Shown here in pieces: positions 20,548 to 28,636 of a DNA stretch of 35,820 nt. The position numbers were made by a program, and so were the translations under genes. A model generated the notes under the pieces. The model did not search any database, had not been told where the DNA came from, and was given only the letters and a program-made list of their open reading frames with translations. Numbering within the stretch: position 1 is the stretch's first letter; every line of letters begins with the position of its first letter. The stretch lies in the sequence record SRR20825006_1230; one strand, 5' to 3'.

Positions 20548-20637
20548 CCGGCAAAACCAAACCAACCCGTGGCTTGGGTTTTGGCACAGATTATGAGAAA
20601 TCTGTCTTCAACAAAAGCCACATCAAGGAGTATCCGT

Positions 20638-20976
20638 ATGTTTGTTTCACCCGCATTTGCTCAGGCTGCTGGCGCACCAGGTGCCGCTGACTATTTGACC
20701 AGCTTGATGCCAATCTTGTTGATCATTCCAATTTTCTATTTTCTGATCATTCGCCCGCAGCAAAAGCGCGTGAAAGAACAGCAATCAATGTTGGAAGCCA
20801 TTCGCCGTAACGATGTGATCGTGACCAATGGTGGCCTTGTGGGCAAAGTGACCCGCGTTAAAGACGACAATGAGCTTGAAGTTGAATTGGCTGAAAATGT
20901 ACGGGTTAAAGTTGTCCGTTCAATGGTGGCAGACGTGCGCACCAAAGCTGAGCCTGTCAACGACAACAAAAAATAA
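20638..20976 (+). CDS. yajC: Preprotein translocase subunit YajC
   Basis: AAGGAG RBS before ATG 20638; FYFLIIRPQQKR, D.IVTNGGL.GKV. Confidence 0.96.
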   Translation: MFVSPAFAQAAGAPGAADYLTSLMPILLIIPIFYFLIIRPQQKRVKEQQSMLEAIRRNDVIVTNGGLVGKVTRVKDDNELEVELAENVRVKVVRSMVADVRTKAEPVNDNKK

Positions 20977-21008
20977 TTCTTGAAACGCGAACGCTAGGTT
21001 TTCTTGCG

Positions 21009-23552
21009 ATGCTAAATTCATCTCCACTACGCGCTACCCTGATTATTTTGGTGGCGCTTGCCGGCATTTTGTTCACATTGCCCAACTTTGTTGCGCCTTC
21101 AACGCTGAATAATCTGCCAGACTGGATGCCGAAAAAACAAATCGTGCTGGGGCTGGATTTGCAGGGCGGGTCTCACTTGCTGTTGGAAGTGAACCGCGAG
21201 GAAATTGTTAGCGAGCGCGTGAAAGAATTGCGGCGCGAGTCGCGTTCGATCTTGGCGAATGACAATGGCATTGGCCACTTGATCCGCACTGAGGGCGCAA
21301 AGCTCACCATCGAATTGACCGATGCTGAAAATATGCAGACCGCTCTCAATGCGCTGCAAGAGCTTGATGTGCCTTTGTCGCAAGCCCTTGGCGGTGTAAG
21401 TGGTGTTGATGAAATGATCATCGGCCAAGCGGGCGACAAGCAAATCACCATTGAGTTGACCGAAGAGGGCATCTCAGAGCGTTTGTCATCAGTTGTCGCG
21501 CAGTCAATTGAAGTTGTGCGTCGTCGGGTAGACGAACTGGGCACAACTGAACCAACCATTCAGCGCCAGGGCAATGACCGTATTTTGGTTCAAGTGCCAG
21601 GCTTTGACGATTCGGAGCGCCTGAAAGACGTTATTTCAAAAACAGCGCGTTTGACCTTCCACATGGTGCACCCGAGCATGAGTGCAGCGCAGGCTAAAAT
21701 CCAAGGCTTGCCAGATGGCACCATGATCTTGCCAAGCCAAGATGGTGGCGAAGAATTGCTGTTTGAAGAAGTGGCCATTGGCGGCGAGTCTTTGGTTGAT
21801 TCTCAGCCCGGCTTTGATCCGCAAACCAGCGCACCAATCGTTTCTTTCCGCTTCGACACTCGTGGCGGCGTGAAATTTGCTGAAATTACTGCAGCCAATA
21901 TTGGCAAACGCTTTGCCGTTGTGTTGGACAATCAGGTGATCACAGCACCTGTTATCAACTCAGCAATTCCGGGCGGTTCAGGTCAAATCTTTGGTAACTT
22001 CACTGCGGAAAGCGCGAATGATCTGGCCGTATTGCTGCGGGCAGGTGCATTGCCAGCCACATTGGACATTATTGAAGAACGCTCTGTTGGCCCAAGCCTT
22101 GGTGCAGACAGTGTGGCCGCAGGTGAAACAGCAGGTCTTGTCGGCGGCATCATGGTCATCATCTTCATGATTTTGGCTTACGGCACATTCGGTATCTTCG
22201 CCAACGTCTCACTTCTGATCAACGTTACCTTGATCTTGGGTGCGCTGTCGCTCTTGGGTGCAACGCTTACTCTCCCGGGTATTGCAGGTATCGTTTTGAC
22301 AATTGGTATGGCCGTTGATGCGAACGTTTTGATTTATGAACGTATTCGCGAAGAAAAACGCGCGGGCCGTTCGCCAATTCAAGCGATTGAGGCAGGTTTC
22401 CAACGCGCCTTTACCACTATTTTGGATGCGAACGTCACCACATTGATCGCTGCTGCCATCTTGTTCTTCTTGGGTTCAGGCCCAATTCGCGGCTTCGCGG
22501 TCACTTTGGCGATTGGTATCATCACCACCTTGTTTACCGCTTATATTCTGACACAGTTCATGATTTCAAAGTGGTACGCACGTCGTCGTCCAAAAGAGTT
22601 GAAAATTGCCTTGTTCAACTTCTTCCCAGAAGATTTGACCTTGAAGTTCATGAAGGTGCGTAAGATCGCATTTGCCTTCTCACTTGTCTTGATCGTCGGG
22701 TCCATGGGCTTGTTCGCCACAAAAGGCTTGAATTTGGGTATCGACTTTAAAGGCGGCTCGTCTATCGAAGTCCAATCTACTGAAGGTCCGGCCGATATCG
22801 CGCAACTGCGCGAAATTGTAGGCGCGTTAGACCTTGGCGATGTGCAGGTTCAAGAATTCGGCACAGATGTGGATGTATTGATCCGCGTTGAAACCCAGCC
22901 AGGTGGCGATGTGGCACAGCAAGAAGCAGTAACCAAAGTTATCGAAGCTGTGGAAGTTGAGGGCTATGAAAAGCGCCGCTCTGAGGTGGTTGGCCCAACC
23001 GTTTCTGGTGAACTGGCCACAACCGGTACACTTGCCGTTGTCGCCGCCATTGTTGCGGTGCTTGGCTATATCTGGATGCGGTTTGAGTGGCAGTTTGCCT
23101 TGGGTGCTGTTGCTGCCTTGGTGCATGACGTGCTGTTGACCATTGGCCTTTTTGCCATCACTGGCTTGGAGTTCAATCTGGCCTCTATCGCCGCCATTCT
23201 GACGATCGTAGGTTACTCGCTCAACGACACGGTGGTGATTTACGACCGTGTGCGGGAGAATCTGCGTAAATATCGCAAGATGAGCATTCCAGATTTGCTG
23301 GACATGTCCGTCAACCAGACATTGTCACGGACCATCCTGACATCGATCACCACATTGCTTGCTCTTGGCGCGCTTGTTGTGTTCGGCGGCGAAGTGATCC
23401 GCAGCTTTACCATTGCGATGGCTTGGGGCGTGCTCGTGGGCACATACTCCACCATCTTCGTGGCGTCACCATTGCTCATCAACTTCAATCTAACTGCCCG
23501 TAAGGAGCCAGTGAAGAAAGAAGAGCGCCGCGCAGATGGCGCATCGGTGTAG
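21009..23552 (+). CDS. secDF: Fused protein translocase subunit SecDF
   Basis: LGLDLQGG, RRRVDELG, GMAVDANVLIYERIREE (SecD half) and LGIDFKGG, GYSLNDTVVIYDRVREN (SecF half) in one uninterrupted frame. Confidence 0.96.
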   Translation: MLNSSPLRATLIILVALAGILFTLPNFVAPSTLNNLPDWMPKKQIVLGLDLQGGSHLLLEVNREEIVSERVKELRRESRSILANDNGIGHLIRTEGAKLTIELTDAENMQTALNALQELDVPLSQALGGVSGVDEMIIGQAGDKQITIELTEEGISERLSSVVAQSIEVVRRRVDELGTTEPTIQRQGNDRILVQVPGFDDSERLKDVISKTARLTFHMVHPSMSAAQAKIQGLPDGTMILPSQDGGEELLFEEVAIGGESLVDSQPGFDPQTSAPIVSFRFDTRGGVKFAEITAANIGKRFAVVLDNQVITAPVINSAIPGGSGQIFGNFTAESANDLAVLLRAGALPATLDIIEERSVGPSLGADSVAAGETAGLVGGIMVIIFMILAYGTFGIFANVSLLINVTLILGALSLLGATLTLPGIAGIVLTIGMAVDANVLIYERIREEKRAGRSPIQAIEAGFQRAFTTILDANVTTLIAAAILFFLGSGPIRGFAVTLAIGIITTLFTAYILTQFMISKWYARRRPKELKIALFNFFPEDLTLKFMKVRKIAFAFSLVLIVGSMGLFATKGLNLGIDFKGGSSIEVQSTEGPADIAQLREIVGALDLGDVQVQEFGTDVDVLIRVETQPGGDVAQQEAVTKVIEAVEVEGYEKRRSEVVGPTVSGELATTGTLAVVAAIVAVLGYIWMRFEWQFALGAVAALVHDVLLTIGLFAITGLEFNLASIAAILTIVGYSLNDTVVIYDRVRENLRKYRKMSIPDLLDMSVNQTLSRTILTSITTLLALGALVVFGGEVIRSFTIAMAWGVLVGTYSTIFVASPLLINFNLTARKEPVKKEERRADGASV

Positions 23553-23554
23553 TC

Positions 23555-23947
23555 TTGACCTCGCAAGAAGGTAGCGGCTTTCTCAAATATCAAGTTCCCA
23601 TTGACGCTTATGGCAATGGGGGCTTCCGCTTTGCGGATATGTCGCACAAAGGCTCGTTGCTGTGCTTGCCCTCCGGCATGCACAGTTGGGCCGTGTCTGA
23701 CGCAAGTGAAATCACCCACGCCAGCTTGGAAAAAGTCTGGGCTGAAACCGATCAAATTGATGTTCTGTTTGTGGGCACTGGCGACCAATTGCTTGTGCTT
23801 GAAAAGCCGATCAAACAAGCCGGACGTGAGCTAAACATCATCACCGAACCTATGAGCACTGGCGCCGCTGCGCGTACATATAATGTGCTGTTGGGGGAAA
23901 AACGAGCGGTAGCCGCTGCGTTGTTGGCAGTTGAGCGTGGGAAATGA
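23555..23947 (+). CDS. Mth938-like (DUF498 / NDUFAF3-like) protein
   Basis: IDAYGNGGFRF, VGTG, EPMSTGAAARTYNVLLGE.R.VAAAL; TTG start. Confidence 0.9.
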   Translation: MTSQEGSGFLKYQVPIDAYGNGGFRFADMSHKGSLLCLPSGMHSWAVSDASEITHASLEKVWAETDQIDVLFVGTGDQLLVLEKPIKQAGRELNIITEPMSTGAAARTYNVLLGEKRAVAAALLAVERGK

Positions 23948-24804
23948 GCGACAAAACTGACACGGCCAATCACGAATTAGTCGGCGCGCAATTACGCGAA
24001 CTTGATCGTGATGCCTATTTAGCCAGTCTTGTTCTGCCACAACAAGCCCGCTTTGCCGTTCAAACACTCTATACCTTTTCTGCCGAACTCGCTGCCATCC
24101 GCCGCCGCGTCAGCGAACCAATGCCGGGCGAGATTCGCCTGCAGTTCTGGCGTGATGCGTTGGAAGGTGAGGGACATGGCGATGTGGAAAGCAATCCGCT
24201 CGCCAAAGCGCTGTTCGACACAATCAAAATTCATCAGCTATCCACTGTGCCGCTCATGCGCATGGTCGCAGCGCGTCGGTTCGATCTTTATCAAGACCCG
24301 ATGCCTGATCAAAACCAGTTTGAAGGTTATGCAGGTGAGGTGGCATCCATCAATCTGCAATATGCCGCGCAAATTTGTGCTGGCGATACAGCAGATCCTG
24401 AATCGTTCAACAATGCGGCTGGTCATTTGGGCGTCGCGCTGACCTATCTCCGCGCGCTTTATAGTTTCGAATATGACCGTCGACGGGCGCAAATCTTCCT
24501 GCCGCTCAGCATTTTCAACGCTTACGGTCTTAGCGATGCTGACATTTTGGCAGCAACAAAAAAACAAGAACTTGTGGCCGCATTATCTGCTTGTGCGGAA
24601 GAAGCGCGAAGCCATCTCGAAAAGGCCAACGCTGTGATCAGCGCGTTGCCCAACATCGCAAAACCTGCTTTTGCCTTGCTGCCCATCGTGGATGCGGACC
24701 TCAAACGTATAGAAGATGCGCTGAAATCTGGTGACTGGCATGCCGCAAAAATGTCGGATTGGCGAAAAATACTCAAAATCATATTTTGGGGATTGCGCAA
24801 ATAG
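23944..24804 (+). CDS. Phytoene/squalene synthase-fold protein (NDUFAF6-like)
   Basis: D.D.YLASL, VSEPMPGEIRLQFWRDAL, ARRFDLY.DP; catalytic DDxxD motifs not seen; ATGA overlap. Confidence 0.85.
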   Translation: MSDKTDTANHELVGAQLRELDRDAYLASLVLPQQARFAVQTLYTFSAELAAIRRRVSEPMPGEIRLQFWRDALEGEGHGDVESNPLAKALFDTIKIHQLSTVPLMRMVAARRFDLYQDPMPDQNQFEGYAGEVASINLQYAAQICAGDTADPESFNNAAGHLGVALTYLRALYSFEYDRRRAQIFLPLSIFNAYGLSDADILAATKKQELVAALSACAEEARSHLEKANAVISALPNIAKPAFALLPIVDADLKRIEDALKSGDWHAAKMSDWRKILKIIFWGLRK

Positions 24805-24813
24805 GAGCGAAAA

Positions 24814-26559
24814 ATGGCCGAGCCGTTGCAGTTAAGTGCTTTTGAAAAGTGGCGGCAACGCTTAGGGCCAGAGCTTAGCCGCACAGCCCAACGCTTTCCA
24901 ATTCCCGTCGTGCTGATTGTCATCGCCACGATTCTCTTTTTGATCGAAGTGAATGCATCGCCCGAGATCGAAGGCGATATTCTGGCAAAAAGCATTGTGA
25001 CCTTAGCGTTTTCCACGCTATTCGCGGTCGCATGTCAGCTGATGGTGGAAACAGGCGTTTTGTCCAAACTGCTTTCTTGGATTTTGGCGGGCATTGGTCT
25101 GCTGGTGTTTGGCGCCACACTTTTCTTTGACAGCATGGCAATAGGCGAACCCTTCATGTGGGCGCCTATTTTGGTGTTGTTCACGTCAGTTGCTCCGGCT
25201 TTGAAGCCGCGTGCGAACAGCTCATACAGCCAGCAAGATTTTTTCTGGTGGATCAACCATCGCTCCATAGTGGCAGCTTGCATTGCGGGCCTGGCATTCC
25301 TGCTCATCTTGCTAGGCATGGTCATCATTGAACGTTCTGTCGCAGTTCTCTTCAATATCGGCGTGGACCGTTTGATTTATGGCTATTTGCTCACGCTAGC
25401 TGGCGTGCTTTTTGCGCCGATTTATTGGTTGGCAATGATCCCCGAAGTCACTCAATTTGACAAAGGCGAGCTGGAACAACCCGACCCATTGTCTCGCGCG
25501 GTCGGCTTCCTTGGCCTTTACATCTTTACGCCATTCTTGTGTCTGTATTCGCTCATCCTCATGGCTTACGCTGCACAAATTTTGGTGCTGCAGGCCTATC
25601 CGGAAGGCACCGTCGGCTGGATGGTGGTGGGCTTCATCTGCGTTGCCGGTCTAAACCATCTGCTGCTTTATCCCGGCTTTATGCGGGCAAAGCCTATGGT
25701 GGCGCGCTATTTGCGCTACTGGCCGTTTCTCGCCATCATCCCGTTGATCATGCTGGTCATCGCCATTCAAATCCGCGTCAGTCATTATGGCCTCACGCCA
25801 GAGCGGATTTTGTTGATTGCTGGCGCTGTATGGACAATTGCGATCATCGCGCTCGGGGTATTTAACAAACTCGATATCAGGCTGCTGCCTGGCCTCGCAG
25901 CGCTCATCCTGCTGCCCATTTCCTTTGGCCCGTTCAATATCGAAATGTGGGCTATGCGCGACCAATTGAGTCGCTTTGAGCAGAATTATGCAACGTGGCA
26001 AGATCAACAATCAGATGAAGCTGCCCAAGGCTTGCGCAGCGCCTCCAATTATTTGTTGAACTCTGCGGAAGGTCGACAAGCGCTAACCCAAACATTGACC
26101 GTTAAGGGCATGGATGTGGAAGGCGAAATCACCCGTGAACAACTTACAGCGCTGTTGGGCGTGCCCGATATCGCGCCGACTTATCGCGATAATGAATTTG
26201 TGCTTTTGGCGCAAAAGGAGCCGTTTGATTTGAGCGGAGACTTCATTTTTTACGGCAGAGGCGAATTGCCGTGTTGTGAAAAGGAAGTCGGGCCATACGA
26301 ATTCAAATTGGACGATCGTGAATTGGTGATCACGCGTGACAATGAGCCCTTTGCTACCCATGATTTAACGACGTGGGTGAACCAGCAAAATATGAGTGTC
26401 ACCACGCTGCGCGAACCAATGATTGAAATTCAGGCGGAAGGGCGCACATTATTGCTGCTGGTCTATCACGCCACTTTCGAGTTAAAGCCCGACGAAGTGC
26501 GCAAACCGGCGCGTCTGGACTATTATGTGCTGGAGAAAAAAGGCAATGGCGCCAATTAG
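24814..26559 (+). CDS. Polytopic membrane protein, DUF4153-like
   Basis: About 12 hydrophobic segments, RFP near the N-terminus, [25 protein letters not shown] followed by a soluble C-terminal domain; AGGAG RBS. Confidence 0.7.
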   Translation: MAEPLQLSAFEKWRQRLGPELSRTAQRFPIPVVLIVIATILFLIEVNASPEIEGDILAKSIVTLAFSTLFAVACQLMVETGVLSKLLSWILAGIGLLVFGATLFFDSMAIGEPFMWAPILVLFTSVAPALKPRANSSYSQQDFFWWINHRSIVAACIAGLAFLLILLGMVIIERSVAVLFNIGVDRLIYGYLLTLAGVLFAPIYWLAMIPEVTQFDKGELEQPDPLSRAVGFLGLYIFTPFLCLYSLILMAYAAQILVLQAYPEGTVGWMVVGFICVAGLNHLLLYPGFMRAKPMVARYLRYWPFLAIIPLIMLVIAIQIRVSHYGLTPERILLIAGAVWTIAIIALGVFNKLDIRLLPGLAALILLPISFGPFNIEMWAMRDQLSRFEQNYATWQDQQSDEAAQGLRSASNYLLNSAEGRQALTQTLTVKGMDVEGEITREQLTALLGVPDIAPTYRDNEFVLLAQKEPFDLSGDFIFYGRGELPCCEKEVGPYEFKLDDRELVITRDNEPFATHDLTTWVNQQNMSVTTLREPMIEIQAEGRTLLLLVYHATFELKPDEVRKPARLDYYVLEKKGNGAN

Positions 26560-27941
26560 CGCCATTGTTCCAAATCTACCAATGCTCGTGCCGATGTAGC
26601 TTGCTTTTTCGCCTTGCCACGATCCGGCCCGCGCCAGCGTTTTACGCCTTCTGGCTTTGTCACCTCAATTGGTGGAAACAGGCCAAAATTCACATTCATC
26701 GGCTGGAAGCTTTTGATGCCATTGCTCTCATCAGCAAGGTGACCACCCGTAATGTGGTTCACCAATGCGCCAAGCGCAGTGGTTTTTGGCGGGGCATCAA
26801 TTTCATTGCCCAAAATCTCATGAGCAGCCAAACGACCAACAACAAGGCCAAGGCCCGCACTTTCGACGTATCCCTCAACCCCGGTCACTTGCCCGGCGAA
26901 GCGCAAACGCGGGTCTGCTTTCATGCGCAATTGACCATCAAGCAAAACGGGTGAGTTCAAAAATGTGTTGCGGTGCAAGCCACCAAGGCGGGCAAATTTC
27001 GCGTCTTCCAAACCAGGAATCATGCGGAAAATATCGGCCTGGGCGCCATATTTAAGTTTGGTTTGAAAACCAACCATGTTCCAAAGTGTGCCCAACGCAT
27101 TATCTTGCCGCAATTGCACAATGGCGTGTGGCTTCACATCAGGATTGTTTGGGTTGGTCAAGCCAACAGGCTTCATTGGCCCAAAACGCAATGTTTCGCG
27201 CCCACGTTCGGCCATCACTTCAATCGGCAAGCACCCATCAAAATAGGGTACATTTTCCCATTCTTTGAATTCGGTCTTGTCGCCTTCAAGCAGCGCATCG
27301 ATAAAGGCATTATATTGCTCTTCATCCATCGGGCAGTTCAAATAATCGGCGCCAGTGCCGCCCGGGCCTGCTTTGTCGTAGCGAGATTGCGCCCACACCA
27401 CATCAAAATTGATGCTTTCCTTATGGATGATTGGGGCAATCGCATCGAAAAATGAAAGCGAATCTTCGCCTGTCAGCGATTGAATGCCCTGCGCCAACGC
27501 CTCAGAGGTGAGGGGGCCAGTAGCAATGATCACATGTTTCCACTCTTGTGGGGGCAACCCAGCCACTTCACCGCGTTCGATGGTGATGTTTGGGTGCGCT
27601 TCCAACTGCGCAGTCACGGCTTGTGAAAACACATCGCGGTCAACGGCCAAGGCACCGCCTGCTGGCAGTTTGGCTTTTTCCGCAGCGCTCATCACGATTG
27701 AATTGCAGCGGCGCATTTCTTCATGCAACAAGCCGACCGCATTATTTTCATAATCGTCAGAACGGAAGGAGTTGGAACAAACAAGTTCAGCCAATCCGTC
27801 TGTCTGGTGCGCATCGGTTTTGCGCACGGGGCGCATTTCATGCAGCACAACTTGAACGCCAAGTTCAGCGGCCTGCCACGCAGCTTCAGAACCAGCAAGG
27901 CCACCACCAATGATATGCAAAGTTTTTGAATGATCTGTCAT
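26556..27941 (-). CDS. trmFO: FAD/folate-dependent tRNA (uracil-54-C5)-methyltransferase
   Basis: [59 protein letters not shown]; start reassigned to ATG 27941. Confidence 0.97.
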   Translation of the reverse strand: MTDHSKTLHIIGGGLAGSEAAWQAAELGVQVVLHEMRPVRKTDAHQTDGLAELVCSNSFRSDDYENNAVGLLHEEMRRCNSIVMSAAEKAKLPAGGALAVDRDVFSQAVTAQLEAHPNITIERGEVAGLPPQEWKHVIIATGPLTSEALAQGIQSLTGEDSLSFFDAIAPIIHKESINFDVVWAQSRYDKAGPGGTGADYLNCPMDEEQYNAFIDALLEGDKTEFKEWENVPYFDGCLPIEVMAERGRETLRFGPMKPVGLTNPNNPDVKPHAIVQLRQDNALGTLWNMVGFQTKLKYGAQADIFRMIPGLEDAKFARLGGLHRNTFLNSPVLLDGQLRMKADPRLRFAGQVTGVEGYVESAGLGLVVGRLAAHEILGNEIDAPPKTTALGALVNHITGGHLADESNGIKSFQPMNVNFGLFPPIEVTKPEGVKRWRGPDRGKAKKQATSARALVDLEQWR

Positions 27942-27990
27942 GGGGGCAGTTAGCAAGGAAAGGAGGGAGAGTGCAACAAAATTCAGAAAC

Positions 27991-28020
27991 AAAAAAACAC
28001 CCGCGAAAATCGCGGGTGCT
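27991..28020 (-). terminator. Intrinsic terminator downstream of DUF1127 gene
   Basis: Minus strand agcacccgcga-tt-ttcgcgggtgt followed by a T-tract. Confidence 0.88.
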
Positions 28021-28056
28021 TAAAGATTTGGGAGGTCTTTGTGAGCGCTCAACGCA
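27991..28056 (-). ncRNA. Candidate 3'UTR-derived sRNA with CCUCCC-loop hairpin (cuckoo/CcsR-like)
   Basis: Minus strand AAAGA-CCUCCCAAA-UCUUU hairpin (28022-28040) between the DUF1127 stop codon and the terminator. Confidence 0.5.
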
Positions 28057-28206
28057 TTAGATGCGTTCAGCATGCTCACGTGCCAATGGCTGGATGTCAC
28101 CGCGTGTGATGCCCAAATCGTTCAATTCACGATCATCAAGAGCGCTCAACTCACGAACTGTTTTGCGGTATGAAGCCCAGCGGCGAAAAGTTTTACCAAA
28201 ATCCAT
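28057..28206 (-). CDS. Small DUF1127 (YjiS-like) protein, 49 aa, absent from ORF track
   Basis: Manual translation MDFGKTFRRWASYRKTVRELSALDDRELNDLGITRGDIQPLAREHAERI*; AAGGAG RBS; R.T..EL..L.DR.L.DLGI.R.DI motif. Confidence 0.93.
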   Translation of the reverse strand: MDFGKTFRRWASYRKTVRELSALDDRELNDLGITRGDIQPLAREHAERI

Positions 28207-28253
28207 CGCTCATCTCCTTGGTTTGCGTTGGTGTGTTCCGTTTGTTGTCCTGT

Positions 28254-28318
28254 ATATAGTCCTGCCTCTTGGGCATGAGTAGACGGTTTTTTTGCAACGC
28301 GCCTATGCAGTTTTTGCA
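28254..28318 (-). promoter_or_regulatory. DUF1127 promoter with LysR-type dyads
   Basis: -10-like CTATAT (28254-28259); TGCA at 28293, 28306 and 28315 giving T-N11-A (28306-28318) and TGCA-N9-TGCA. Confidence 0.55.
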
Positions 28319-28554
28319 GGGCTGGTTAAGAGGTGGTTGCTTTGGCCTTATGGCCTGTATCAATTTGAATTTCAGGCTTGAACAATCCAAGGTGATCATT
28401 TTCCTTGGTCACGCTGCAATCCAGTTCCAACAAGGTCTGGCGTATATGAAACAAGTCTTTAATGGAGGTCATTAACGTGCGATGCATGGCTTTGTCCTCG
28501 GTGCAATAGCGATAAATACACCGCCAGTGTAACCGCTATTGAAAAGGCCCCAAA

Positions 28555-28592
28555 ACGCAAAACATGCGGCCCAGATATGTGTGAGCCGCATG
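28555..28592 (-). terminator. Probable terminator after uvrA
   Basis: Minus strand catgcggctca / tgggccgcatg stem followed by ttttgcgtttt. Confidence 0.6.
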
Positions 28593-28636
28593 CAAGTCTT
28601 GTATAAGTGTCATAAAGTTTTGCTAGGGTGCAGTCT

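Noticed and set aside
21009..23552. SecD-SecF fusion as a novelty or artefact
   Set aside because: Fused SecDF is well known and both halves retain their motifs
23944..24804. Carotenoid or hopanoid pathway (synthase-fold gene plus HpnN-like transporter)
   Set aside because: Lacks DDxxD motifs, sits in the secDF operon 8 kb from the transporter, and no crt/shc/hpn genes are present
28459..28475. CtrA site at TTAA...TTAA
   Set aside because: Spacing is N9, not N7; better explained as an inverted repeat
28193..28475. ORF-track ORFs 28193-28399 (-) and 28269-28475 (+)
   Set aside because: No RBS or recognisable domain; they overlie the DUF1127 promoter
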